Shown: positions 40,036 through 49,586 of the stretch, piece by piece | Numbering within the stretch: the first letter of the stretch is position 1 | How the letters are laid out: the number at the start of each line of letters is the position of its first letter | NCBI GenBank assembly: GCA_900617105.1 | Contig: UYFQ01000006.1 | Coordinates: 186,001 to 250,000, forward strand | DNA from: Hydrurus foetidus | Taxonomy: Eukaryota | Length of the DNA: 64,000 bases | Direction of reading: 5' to 3' | Position numbers and translations under genes: made by a program | Notes under the pieces: model-generated | Told to the model about the DNA's origin: nothing | What the model saw: the letters and a program-made list of their open reading frames with translations, nothing else | The model's database searches: none

Positions 40036-41216
40036 CAACGACAAGCACCCCCAACCCCTGGACGCTGGCGGCCCGCGCCCATAAGATGAACCCCTCGGTG
40101 ATCCGCGAGATCTTGAAGGTCACGGAAAAGCCCGGCATCATCAGCTTTGCCGGTGGCCTGCCTTCGCCCAAGACCTTCCCCATCACCGAATTCGCCGCTG
40201 CTTGTGAAAAAGTGCTGCGCGAAGACGGTCAAGCCGCGCTGCAATATGCCGCCAGCGAGGGCTACGGCCCGCTGCGTGAAGCCGTGGCCGAGATGCTGCC
40301 TTGGGACGTAGACCCTGGCCAAGTGCTCATCACCACCGGCTCGCAGCAGGCGCTGGACTTGATCGCCAAAGTGCTGATCGACACCGGCAGCCGCATCCTG
40401 GTCGAAACCCCTACCTACCTGGGCGCACTGCAAGCCTTCACGCCAATGGAGCCTGAAGTGGTGAGCGTGGACAGCGACGAAGAAGGCGTGATCGTGGCGG
40501 ATTTGGATGGCAAGGCCAAAGGCGCTCGCTTCCTGTACGTGCTGCCCAACTTCCAAAACCCCACAGGCCGCACCATGACCGAAGAGCGCCGCGCCGCGTT
40601 ATCTGCGCGTGCTGCTGCGTTGGGCTTGCCACTGATCGAAGACAACCCCTACGGCGACCTGTGGTTCGATGCCCCGCCTCCCCTGCCACTGACGGCACGC
40701 AACCCCGACGGCTGCCTCTACATGGGCTCCTTCTCTAAAGTGCTGGCCCCTGGCCTGCGTTTAGGCTTTTTGGTCGCGCCCAAAGCACTCTACCCCAAGC
40801 TCTTGCAAGCCAAGCAAGCCGCCGATTTGCACACCCCCATCTTCAACCAGCGCATGGTGGCCGAGGTGATGAAAGGCGGCTTCCTGGACCGCCATGTGCC
40901 CACCATCCGCGCCCTGTACAAAAGCCAGCGTGACGCGATGCTCGAAGCACTGAAAACTGAAATGGCCGGGCTGGATTTCACCTGGAACGTCCCCGTGGGC
41001 GGCATGTTCCTGTGGGCACGCCTGCCCAAAGGCATGAGCGCAGTAGATTTGCTGCCCAAAGCGGTAGAGAAAAACGTGGCTTTCGTGCCCGGTGCCGCGT
41101 TTTATGCCGACCACGCCGATCCCCGCACCCTGCGCTTGTCGTTCGTGACACCCAGCGTAGCGCAGATTCGGATTGGGGTGGCTGCGTTGGCGCAGGCGGT
41201 GAGAGAGTCCCTGTAA
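40032..41216 (+). CDS. PLP-dependent class I aminotransferase (LysN-like)
   Basis: ISFAGGLP, NFQNPTG, EDNPY and SFSKVLAPGLRLG motifs. Confidence 0.92.
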   Translation: MTTTSTPNPWTLAARAHKMNPSVIREILKVTEKPGIISFAGGLPSPKTFPITEFAAACEKVLREDGQAALQYAASEGYGPLREAVAEMLPWDVDPGQVLITTGSQQALDLIAKVLIDTGSRILVETPTYLGALQAFTPMEPEVVSVDSDEEGVIVADLDGKAKGARFLYVLPNFQNPTGRTMTEERRAALSARAAALGLPLIEDNPYGDLWFDAPPPLPLTARNPDGCLYMGSFSKVLAPGLRLGFLVAPKALYPKLLQAKQAADLHTPIFNQRMVAEVMKGGFLDRHVPTIRALYKSQRDAMLEALKTEMAGLDFTWNVPVGGMFLWARLPKGMSAVDLLPKAVEKNVAFVPGAAFYADHADPRTLRLSFVTPSVAQIRIGVAALAQAVRESL

Positions 41217-41226
41217 AGGCAGCACC

Positions 41227-42165
41227 GTGACCTCACGCCCCTTCAAACAAGTTGACGTTTTCACCGCCATCCCCTACCTGGGCAACCCCCTTGCCGTGGT
41301 TTTGGATGGCTCTGGCTTGAGCGATGACGCCATGCAGCGTTTTGCCGCATGGACTAACCTCTCTGAAACCACCTTTTTGCTGCCCCCCAGTGATGCAGGC
41401 CGTGCGGGGGGTGCGGATTACCAAGTGCGGATTTTCACGCCCGGTGGTGAGCTGCCATTTGCAGGCCACCCCACGCTGGGCAGTTGCCATGCTTGGCTGG
41501 AGGCCGGTGGCGTGCCACAGCAAGCCGCTCGCATCGTGCAGGAATGCAAAGTGGGGCTGGTACAGCTTCGGCGTGATGAGGCTCAAGGTGGGCGGCTGGC
41601 GTTTGCCGCACCGCCATTGCAACGCAGCGCACCGTCGCCCAAGATGCTGGCACAAATCGCCGCTGCGCTGGGGCTGAAGGCTGAGCAAATTCAGTCCGCA
41701 CAGTTGCTCGACAACGGGCCGGTGTGGCTGGGTCTGCTGCTGGACAGCCCGCAGACCGTTTTGGCCCTCACACCTGACCATGTGGCGTTGAAAAATCTAG
41801 GGCAATTTGTAGGGGTGATCGGTATAGAACCAGCACAGTCAGCTACGCCTCTGATAGCACGCAGTAACCGTGAAGCACGCGCATTCACCGGCACCATGGC
41901 AGCCAAAACCAGCGATGCACCCACTATCGAAGTCCGTGCGTTTGCAGCGCCTGATGGCATCAACGAAGACCCCGTGACGGGCAGCTTGAACGCCTCGTTG
42001 GCGCAATGGCTGATGGCCGAAGGCTTTGCCCCTGAGCGCTACATCGCCACCCAAGGCACCTGCCTGAACCGTGCGGGCCAAGTCCATATTGAGCGCGATG
42101 CCATCGGCCAAGTGTGGGTGGGCGGGGATGTGGTGACGTGCGTGGATGGACGCGTGGTGCTTTAA
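41227..42165 (+). CDS. PhzF-family isomerase
   Basis: QVDVF..GNPLAVV, NLSETTF, ELPFAGHPT and EDPVTGS motifs. Confidence 0.93.
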   Translation: MTSRPFKQVDVFTAIPYLGNPLAVVLDGSGLSDDAMQRFAAWTNLSETTFLLPPSDAGRAGGADYQVRIFTPGGELPFAGHPTLGSCHAWLEAGGVPQQAARIVQECKVGLVQLRRDEAQGGRLAFAAPPLQRSAPSPKMLAQIAAALGLKAEQIQSAQLLDNGPVWLGLLLDSPQTVLALTPDHVALKNLGQFVGVIGIEPAQSATPLIARSNREARAFTGTMAAKTSDAPTIEVRAFAAPDGINEDPVTGSLNASLAQWLMAEGFAPERYIATQGTCLNRAGQVHIERDAIGQVWVGGDVVTCVDGRVVL

Positions 42166-42196
42166 GTTTAAAACCGTCAGGGCGGATAATTCAGCC

Positions 42197-42595
42197 ATGC
42201 TTACGCTGTCAAACGAACTCTGCGCTGTGCGCGATGCCTTGGGCCAAGAACCTCATCTGCGCTTGGGCTTGGTTTTTGGCTCTGTGGCCAAAGGCACAGC
42301 CCGCGCCGACAGCGACATTGACGTGGCCGTTTTAGCCGACCACCCCCTCACTGCCAGCGACAAAATTCACCTGATAGAAACCCTGGCCCAAGCCACAGGC
42401 CGCGCCGTTGACCTGATCGATTTGGCAACCGTCGGGCATCCGGTGTTGGGCCAAGTGCTCGCGCACGGAACGCGGCTACTGGGCAGTGCCTCGGTACACG
42501 CCGATGTGGCAACCCGCGCCGTCATAGATGCCGCTGATTTTTTACCCTACGTAGAGCGGTTGCTGAAACACCGGAGACAAGCATGGACAGGTTAG
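42197..42595 (+). CDS. MntA-type minimal nucleotidyltransferase antitoxin
   Basis: GS-X10-DID motif (FGSVAKGTARADSDID). Confidence 0.85.
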   Translation: MLTLSNELCAVRDALGQEPHLRLGLVFGSVAKGTARADSDIDVAVLADHPLTASDKIHLIETLAQATGRAVDLIDLATVGHPVLGQVLAHGTRLLGSASVHADVATRAVIDAADFLPYVERLLKHRRQAWTG

Positions 42596-42984
42596 TGCTG
42601 GACAGCAAAATCGAGTCTTTGCGCCGCTGTATCACCCGCGTCCAAAGCAAATGCCCCACCAGCTTGAGTGCGCTGGAAGCGGACATTGACGCGCAAGACG
42701 TGATCGTATTGAACCTGAGCCGCGCGGTACAACTGTGCGTAGACATGGCCATGCACTGCTTGGCCGCGTCTGAAGCGCCGCCTGCGCACACCATGGGTGA
42801 ATCCTTTGTCCTGCTGGCACAACAAGGTGTGATCGACACGGCACTGTGCGCACGAATGCGCAGCGCCGTGGGTTTTCGAAATCTGGCCGTTCACAACTAC
42901 GACAACATCAATTGGGCGGTCGTGTTCACCATCGCCACCACCCATTTGGATGACTTTCGCGCCTTTGCCAAGGCGATGGGCTGA
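42583..42984 (+). CDS. HepT-type HEPN (DUF86) toxin
   Basis: RX4HXY motif (RNLAVHNY); overlaps the MNT gene. Confidence 0.87.
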   Translation: MDRLVLDSKIESLRRCITRVQSKCPTSLSALEADIDAQDVIVLNLSRAVQLCVDMAMHCLAASEAPPAHTMGESFVLLAQQGVIDTALCARMRSAVGFRNLAVHNYDNINWAVVFTIATTHLDDFRAFAKAMG

Positions 42985-43084
42985 GGTTTCCGGCACTGCA
43001 ACGCAGTGACCCTCACTCCCCTTTCTATAGCACCCGTCGCCCTAGCGACAAGCACCCATCCCCAATATCGCCACAATCCGGCGC

Positions 43085-43762
43085 ATGGGAACCCTTTACA
43101 TCGTGCGCCACGGCCAGGCCTCATTTGGCGAAGCAGATTACGACAAGCTGAGTGCGTTGGGGCACAAACAGGCCGTGCGGCTGGGCGAGTATTTCGCGGC
43201 CAAGGGGTTGACGTTTGATGCCACGATCACAGGCACACTGCGCCGACACACCGAAACCTACAACGGGATTTGCGCCGGTGCCGGTTTTGTGATGCCCCCG
43301 CAGCAGCGCCCTGGGTTGAACGAGTACGACAGCGAAGCGATCATTGCGGCCATCCACCCGCACAAGTTGGAAAAACCCACTTCGCCCGAGGAATACCGCA
43401 GCCACTTTCGCCTGCTGCGCGACGGCTTGGCACAGTGGATGGCGGGAGTCATCACCCCCCAAGGCATGCCCAGCTACCTAGACTGGCAGCGCGGCATCGT
43501 CGATACGCTTGACCATGTGCGGCAAAGCATCAGCAAGCCTGACGCGAATGTATTGATCGTCTCCAGCGGTGGGCCGATTTCCACAGCGGTAGGCCATGTG
43601 CTGGGCACCAGCCCCGAGACCACCATTGAGCTGAACTTGCGCATCCGCAACGCCAGCGTGACCGAGTTCGCCTTCACGCCCAAGCGCCACATGCTGGTGA
43701 CGTACAACACACTGTCGCATTTAGACGGCCCAGCTTATGCAGACTGGGTGACTTACGCTTAA
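43085..43762 (+). CDS. Histidine phosphatase superfamily protein
   Basis: VRHGQASFG, LNEYD and SSGGPI motifs. Confidence 0.88.
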   Translation: MGTLYIVRHGQASFGEADYDKLSALGHKQAVRLGEYFAAKGLTFDATITGTLRRHTETYNGICAGAGFVMPPQQRPGLNEYDSEAIIAAIHPHKLEKPTSPEEYRSHFRLLRDGLAQWMAGVITPQGMPSYLDWQRGIVDTLDHVRQSISKPDANVLIVSSGGPISTAVGHVLGTSPETTIELNLRIRNASVTEFAFTPKRHMLVTYNTLSHLDGPAYADWVTYA

Positions 43763-43782
43763 TTACGATTAAGCTCGCACGG

Positions 43783-45186
43783 GTGAAAAAACCTACCCAT
43801 TCTTCCTCTTCAGCCGCCGTTCAGGCGGCCCCTCAGACCCCGTCTCCCACAACTGCCCGGTTTGTCACCGGCTCGCTGCTGCGCCACGTCAGCGTGATGG
43901 CCAGTACAGCGGCCATTGGTTTGGTCGCGGTGTTTGCGGTCGATCTCATCAACCTGTTTTACATCTCCCAGCTGGGCGAGCAAGAAATTGCAGCGGCAGT
44001 GGGTTTTGCGGGGGTGGTGGGCTTTTTCCATACCTCGCTCAGCATTGGCCTGACCATTGGTATCACCGCTGTGGTATCTCGAAAGCTGGGGCAAGGCAGC
44101 ATGGCCGAGGCCAAACGCATCGCCACCACCAGTTTGCTGCTGATGGTGGGCTTGTGTCTGCTGCTGGGCAGTGGCACGGCTTTGTTTTTGCACCCCTTGC
44201 TGGGTGCTTTGGGTGCCACGGGTGAAACAGAACGGCTGGCGGCACGTTACCTGAGTTTCACGGTGCATTCGATGCCGCTGTTGGGTATCGGCATGGCCTG
44301 CTCAGCCTTGCTGCGCTCGGTGGGAGATGCCGGGCGCTCGATGGGCGTGACGCTGGGTGCGGCGGCGGTGACGGCCCTGCTCGATCCCATTTTGATTTTT
44401 GGCCTGCACCTGGGGCTGGACGGTGCAGCCATCACCGCCGTGGTGTCGCGCACCGTGATGGCCAGCGTGGCGCTGTGGAGCGTGCTCGGCAAACACCAGT
44501 TGCTGGGCCGTTTTGAGCGTAGCCATCTGCTTGCGGATGCCCGTCTGCTGGCCTCGGTGGCCGGGCCAGCGGTGCTGACCAATTTGGCAACACCGGTGGG
44601 GGCGGCGTTTGTGACGCACAGCATCGCGCAGTTTGGCCATTCCGCCGTGGCGGGGCAGGCGACGATTGACCGTGTGACACCGGTGGCCTTCGGCTTGATT
44701 TACGCGCTCAGCGGTGCAGTGGGGCCGATCTTGGCGCAAAACCTGGGGGCCCGGCAGTATGGGCGCGTGCGCGATGGTCTGCGCAACAGCCTGTGGTTCA
44801 TGGTGATGGCGGTGGGGGTCGCTTGGGCTGTGTTGGCGCTGACACAAAACCTGCTGATTCAGGCGTTTTCGCTGGACGGCATGGCAGCGCAACTGATGCA
44901 TGCATTCTGCTCATGGCTGGCGGGCAGTTTCTTCTTTGCCGGGGCTTTGTTTGTGGCGAACGCGGCGTTCAACAACCTGGGGCGACCGCTGTGGTCTACC
45001 GGCTTTAACTGGGCACGGGCCAGCCTGGGCACCATACCGTTTGCCTGGATGGGTTCGCACTACGGGCCGATAGGGGTGCTGGCCGGTCAGGCGGTGGGCA
45101 CAGCGATTTTCGGCAGCTTGGCCCTGGTGGTGGCATTTCGCCTCACGGCCAAGTTGGTGACGCAACATGGCGAAGCACCGACTTGA
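43783..45186 (+). CDS. MATE-family efflux transporter
   Basis: 12-TM pattern; LDPILIFG..GAA and AQNLGA motifs. Confidence 0.9.
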   Translation: MKKPTHSSSSAAVQAAPQTPSPTTARFVTGSLLRHVSVMASTAAIGLVAVFAVDLINLFYISQLGEQEIAAAVGFAGVVGFFHTSLSIGLTIGITAVVSRKLGQGSMAEAKRIATTSLLLMVGLCLLLGSGTALFLHPLLGALGATGETERLAARYLSFTVHSMPLLGIGMACSALLRSVGDAGRSMGVTLGAAAVTALLDPILIFGLHLGLDGAAITAVVSRTVMASVALWSVLGKHQLLGRFERSHLLADARLLASVAGPAVLTNLATPVGAAFVTHSIAQFGHSAVAGQATIDRVTPVAFGLIYALSGAVGPILAQNLGARQYGRVRDGLRNSLWFMVMAVGVAWAVLALTQNLLIQAFSLDGMAAQLMHAFCSWLAGSFFFAGALFVANAAFNNLGRPLWSTGFNWARASLGTIPFAWMGSHYGPIGVLAGQAVGTAIFGSLALVVAFRLTAKLVTQHGEAPT

Positions 45187-45218
45187 CCCCCCTGCGTGAT
45201 ACCGGTGCGTTGACCCGC

Positions 45219-46931
45219 CTAAATGCTGTAGTCCTCACGGCCCGCAGAGGACAGCGCCAGGGCTTGCAAGGCCACCAGCGCATCGGCATCGGTGCGGTAC
45301 AAGCGCAGCCAAGGTGAATCGGGCAACTCTCCGGCGCGTTGGAGCATCTTCTCGACCGGCAACTTGATGCCACTGAGGTGCAGCGTGATCTGACGCTCCG
45401 CCAGTGCGCGGCGAAGCTGGCCGAACACCTCGACACCGGTCGCGTCAATGCGGTTGATAGGCTGAGCGAACAAACACACATGCTGCACACCAGGGTGCGC
45501 CGCCAAATGCTCGGTGATGTTGCGCTCCAGCGTGCTGGCAGCGGCAAAGTCCAACTCTGCATCCATGCGCAAGGCGTAGAGCGCGGGGGCCAAGGGTGGC
45601 AAGTGCCACAAGTGGCGATCCCGCAGGCTGTGGTCAGGGTGCATGCCCACTTCAATGATGCGGGGGTGCAGGTGCTGGTATAAAAAGTGTATCAAGCCCA
45701 TCAGTACACCCGCAATCACCCCCCAGTAGATACGGGGAGCCGTCATCAATGTGACGGCAAACGTCATGCCTGCCGTGGCAGACTCAAGGGACGACAGCTG
45801 CCACAGGCGCACAAACTGCATCGGTTTGAAGACACCCAGGATGGCGGCAATCACCACCGCCGACAAAACCGCTTTGGGCACCAGGGCCAAGACAGGCGTG
45901 AGCCACAACAACACAACCAGCACCACCGCCACCGTAACCACCGTGGCCCAGCCCGTGCGTGCCCCGGCATAGAGATTGAGCGCTGAGCGAGAGAACGAAG
46001 AACTGGTAGGGAAGCTGCCCGTCGCCGCCGAAGCCAGTTTGGCCAAACCTTGGGCGATCAAGTCCTGGTTTTCGTTCCAGGGTTGGCGGGTTTGCTGGTT
46101 TTCAACCTTGGCACTCGATGCCGTCTCCAAAAAACTCACCAGCGTGATGACCATCGCTGGCACGATCAAACCACCCAAAGTAGATAAGTCGATGCCCTGC
46201 GGAACATGCAAGCTGGGCAGCCCAGAGGGCAACGCGCCAATCACACTGCCACCCTGCGCCGTAAAACCCAAGCCCCAACTGGCGATGGCAGCCCCCACCA
46301 TACACAGCAACACCATCGGAAAATTCGGCACCAACCGTTTGCCAAGCACCAGCGCTAGAAAACTGGAAAGACCAAACGCAGCGGCATATATATCCACGTG
46401 CCCCCCTGCGAACGCCCACCCGGCCCCGCTCCCCCCGTGACCTGCTGCACTGAAGCCCACCAATGCAGGCAACTGCGACCCGATGATGAGCACCGTGGCC
46501 GCCTGCGTGAACCCCATCAGCACAGGCGAGCTGACCAAGTGCAGCACCCAGCCAAACCGCCCCGCCCCCAGCACGATCTGCATCACCCCGCTGAGCAAAG
46601 ACAACCACACCGCCAAGCCCACCCACTGCGCACTGCCCGGCTCCGCCAAGCCGGACAGCGAGGCGTAAACCAACAAGCAAGACAGGGCCGTCGGCCCCAC
46701 CGCCAAACGCGGCGAGGCGCTGAACAGCGCAGCCACCAGCGAGGGCAACAGCGCCGCGTAAATGCCCGTGACCACCGGCATACCCGCCAACGCGCCGTAG
46801 GCCACCGACTGCGGCACAACGATCAGACCGACGGTGATGCCTGCAGTGATTTCGCTGCGCAGCAGGGCGGCGTTGGGGCGAGGCCAGTTGAGGAAGGGGA
46901 AGAAGCGGTGCAGCCGTGAATCAATATGCAT
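45219..46931 (-). CDS. SulP-family anion transporter with a STAS domain
   Basis: PQSVAYGALAG, NQDLIAQG, SFSRS and IDATG motifs. Start placed at MHIDSR; the longer ORF overlaps the neighbouring gene. Confidence 0.92.
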   Translation of the reverse strand: MHIDSRLHRFFPFLNWPRPNAALLRSEITAGITVGLIVVPQSVAYGALAGMPVVTGIYAALLPSLVAALFSASPRLAVGPTALSCLLVYASLSGLAEPGSAQWVGLAVWLSLLSGVMQIVLGAGRFGWVLHLVSSPVLMGFTQAATVLIIGSQLPALVGFSAAGHGGSGAGWAFAGGHVDIYAAAFGLSSFLALVLGKRLVPNFPMVLLCMVGAAIASWGLGFTAQGGSVIGALPSGLPSLHVPQGIDLSTLGGLIVPAMVITLVSFLETASSAKVENQQTRQPWNENQDLIAQGLAKLASAATGSFPTSSSFSRSALNLYAGARTGWATVVTVAVVLVVLLWLTPVLALVPKAVLSAVVIAAILGVFKPMQFVRLWQLSSLESATAGMTFAVTLMTAPRIYWGVIAGVLMGLIHFLYQHLHPRIIEVGMHPDHSLRDRHLWHLPPLAPALYALRMDAELDFAAASTLERNITEHLAAHPGVQHVCLFAQPINRIDATGVEVFGQLRRALAERQITLHLSGIKLPVEKMLQRAGELPDSPWLRLYRTDADALVALQALALSSAGREDYSI

Positions 46932-46989
46932 GAGCACAAGCTTAACGGATACCTGGTCGGGTAAGGCTGCACCTCGAAGATGACGGCGA

Positions 46990-47334
46990 TCATTCGGTGG
47001 CAGCCTTGTTAAGCGTGCCCGCGACACCCTGTACAAAGCTCCGTTCCTCGCGCAGGATGAAACGCTGAGCCTGAGCCCATTCGAAGTTGGCACGGCCTTC
47101 GGCATCGGTTCTGAGACGCTGGCGGTAGGTTTCGTAAGCCGCCAACGAATTGAAACTGATCAGCCCCCAAGCCATATCGTTGCTGCCTTCATGCGGCAAA
47201 AAGTAACCCACCAAGTAACCACCACATCGCGGAATGATGCGGCCCCAGTTCTCAGCGTATAGCTGAAAGGCATCTCGCTGAAAAGGATCAATCTGATAGC
47301 GGATAAAGCAAGTGATCAGGGCGTTGGTGGCCAT
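46990..47334 (-). CDS. NIPSNAP-family protein
   Basis: [33 protein letters not shown]. Confidence 0.85.
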   Translation of the reverse strand: MATNALITCFIRYQIDPFQRDAFQLYAENWGRIIPRCGGYLVGYFLPHEGSNDMAWGLISFNSLAAYETYRQRLRTDAEGRANFEWAQAQRFILREERSFVQGVAGTLNKAATE

Positions 47335-47387
47335 AGAAGTTCCTTTGTTGTGAGACCACGACGATAAGGGGGAGTCCGTTCCGATAG

Positions 47388-47405
47388 GTTCGTCCTGCGC
47401 CGAAC
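47388..47405. promoter_or_regulatory. Putative ArsR operator
   Basis: GTTCG-N8-CGAAC palindrome between the divergent NIPSNAP and ArsR genes. Confidence 0.45.
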
Positions 47406-47438
47406 TGTTGCCTGCTCCGCAGCCCTATGATTCAAGGC

Positions 47439-48122
47439 ATGAAAGATGGCCCCAACATAGCCCGCATCGCCGCACTGATCGGTGACCGTGCCCGTTCCGA
47501 GGTGCTGACAGCGCTGATGGCAGATCGCGCACTGACTGCCACGGAGCTGGCAGGGATTGCTGGCGTGACCAAACAAACGATCAGCGCCCATTTGGCAAAG
47601 CTGCTGGACGCAGGTCTTGTCGCCGTCACAAGCCAAGGACGGCACCGCTACTACCGGCTGGCAAACCGCGATGTAGCGCATCTGCTGGAGTCGTTGATGG
47701 GCGTGGCCTTTCGCACTGGGGCCGTACGTTTGCGCTCCAGCCCACGTGAACCGGCCTTGCGGCGAGCTCGCATTTGCTATGACCATCTGGCCGGTGAATT
47801 GGGGGTGCTCGCGTATGAGCGTTTGATGCATAACGGTGTCTTGCAAACCGATGTGCAAGGTGGTCTAGAACTGCAACCAACCGGAGTGCAGTGGTTTGCC
47901 GACAAGGGTATTAATCTCGCAACCGCATTGAAAGCCCAGCGCAGCTTTTGCCGGGCCTGCATGGACTGGGGTGAGCGCCGCCACCATCTGGCGGGGGCTT
48001 TGGGTTCAGTGGTGCTTGAACATGTGTTTGCGCAGGGTTGGGCACGCCGTGTTGAGGGCTCCCGTGTCATCAGCTTCACACTGGGTGGAGAGCGCGCCTT
48101 TTTAGACTGTTTCGACCGCTGA
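47439..48122 (+). CDS. ArsR/SmtB-family regulator
   Basis: ALIGDRAR..TATELA..QGRHRYY; CYDHLAG and CMDWGERRHHLAG motifs. Confidence 0.9.
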   Translation: MKDGPNIARIAALIGDRARSEVLTALMADRALTATELAGIAGVTKQTISAHLAKLLDAGLVAVTSQGRHRYYRLANRDVAHLLESLMGVAFRTGAVRLRSSPREPALRRARICYDHLAGELGVLAYERLMHNGVLQTDVQGGLELQPTGVQWFADKGINLATALKAQRSFCRACMDWGERRHHLAGALGSVVLEHVFAQGWARRVEGSRVISFTLGGERAFLDCFDR

Positions 48123-48167
48123 AACGTGCCATGACCAACAACCATCTTGCACGGATCACAACACGTG

Positions 48168-49532
48168 TCAGCGCTGCGGCATGTCTTTGCTGGAATACCC
48201 CAGACTCACCGTAGCGTCTTCCGGTATCGGTGGCATGGTGGCGTTCCAAGCCTCCCAGGCATCGCGCATCGCGCTCAAGCGCTCAGGGTGGACATGCCCC
48301 AGGTTGGCGCGTTCACGCTCATCAGCGGGGATGTTGAAGAGGTAATCGTTGCCATCCACCCGCAGGTATTTCCAGTCGCCGTCGCGCATCGCACGCTGGC
48401 CTCGATGGTTCATGCGCCAGTGCAACAGACGGGACTTTTGTACCGATGCATCGTGCAGGGTGGGCAACAGCGACACACCGTCCAGCGGGTAGTCAGCGTG
48501 CGCGGGCACCCCGGCGGCGGCCAGCATCGTGGCTGACCAGTCCATCGTCATGCAGTGCTGTTCGCTGGTTTGACCGGGGGCAATGGCGGCGGGCCAGTGG
48601 GCGATCCAGGGGACGCGGATCCCGCCTTCGGTCAAGTCCATCTTGCCGCCCACCAGGGGCCAGTTGTCAGAGAAACGCTCGCCACCGTTGTCGCTGGTGA
48701 AGACGACCAGGGTGTTGTCCGCGATGCCTTGGGCCTTGAGCGCCGCCATCACCTGACCAATGCCCTCGTCCATGTGGTGAATCATGCGGTGGTAGGTGTG
48801 GATATTGCCGCCGTGCAGGTGAAACAGATTGGTTTTGAGTTCTTCCGCCAGCGCTTCGTCGTCGCGGGTTTCCCAGGGCCAGTGGGGGGCCGTGTAGTGG
48901 ATGCTCATGAAAAACGGTGTGCCCGCTTTAGCCCCATCGGCCATGCGGGTGACGACATCCACCGCACGCTCAGAAATCAAATCGGTCAGGTAGCCGGGCT
49001 CGGCGTGTTCTTCTTCAGCCCCTTGCTCACTGCGCCACAAGTCATGCGTGCCATTGCTGGCGCAGTGGGTGAAGTAATCCACACCACCGGACATAGGGCC
49101 AAAAAACTCTTGGTAGCCTGAGCCCAAGGGGCCGAATGCAGGCGGGTAGCCCAAATGCCATTTGCCGACCAGCGCGGTGCGGTAGCCGCTGTCACGCAGC
49201 AGGGACGGCAGCGTGGGGTGCTCGGGCGGCAGACCCAGGGTGGTGCTGTAGCGGGCTTTGCTGTTGATGGGTTCTTCCGCCGCGCCACGCAAACGGTACT
49301 GGTAGCGGGCCGTCATCAGCGCAAAGCGTGTGGGCGAGCACACGGGGGAATTGGAATACCCCTGCGTGAACTTGAGGCCATTGGCGGCCAAGCCGTCCAG
49401 CACGGGCGATACGTCGCCAAAGCGTGCTGGACGCCCCCCGTAGCAGCCCAGGTCGGCAAAACCCAAATCGTCAGCGACGATGAAGATGATGTTGGGGCGT
49501 GAGATGACAGAATTTTGAGATGATTTATCCAC
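48168..49532 (-). CDS. Sulfatase (Cys-type, S1 family)
   Basis: PNIIFIVADDLG, CSPTR (CxPxR), GKWHLG and SDNG motifs; no signal peptide. Start is a GTG and is uncertain. Confidence 0.92.
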   Translation of the reverse strand: MDKSSQNSVISRPNIIFIVADDLGFADLGCYGGRPARFGDVSPVLDGLAANGLKFTQGYSNSPVCSPTRFALMTARYQYRLRGAAEEPINSKARYSTTLGLPPEHPTLPSLLRDSGYRTALVGKWHLGYPPAFGPLGSGYQEFFGPMSGGVDYFTHCASNGTHDLWRSEQGAEEEHAEPGYLTDLISERAVDVVTRMADGAKAGTPFFMSIHYTAPHWPWETRDDEALAEELKTNLFHLHGGNIHTYHRMIHHMDEGIGQVMAALKAQGIADNTLVVFTSDNGGERFSDNWPLVGGKMDLTEGGIRVPWIAHWPAAIAPGQTSEQHCMTMDWSATMLAAAGVPAHADYPLDGVSLLPTLHDASVQKSRLLHWRMNHRGQRAMRDGDWKYLRVDGNDYLFNIPADERERANLGHVHPERLSAMRDAWEAWNATMPPIPEDATVSLGYSSKDMPQR

Positions 49533-49577
49533 TTTGCGCTTATCTTGTATGCATCAACAGCTATAAAAACAGGAGCA
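49521..49577 (-). repeat. Interspersed repeat copy overlapping the sulfatase start
   Basis: Minus strand reads TGCTCCTGTTTTTATAGCTGttgatGCATA... Confidence 0.65.
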
Positions 49578-49586
49578 TGAGTTCAA

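Noticed and set aside
41227..42165. Phenazine biosynthesis
   Set aside because: Only a lone PhzF-family gene; no phzA/B/D/E/G in the window.
46932..47105. N-terminal extension of SulP in the ORF track
   Set aside because: It overlaps the NIPSNAP gene in another frame and looks non-coding.
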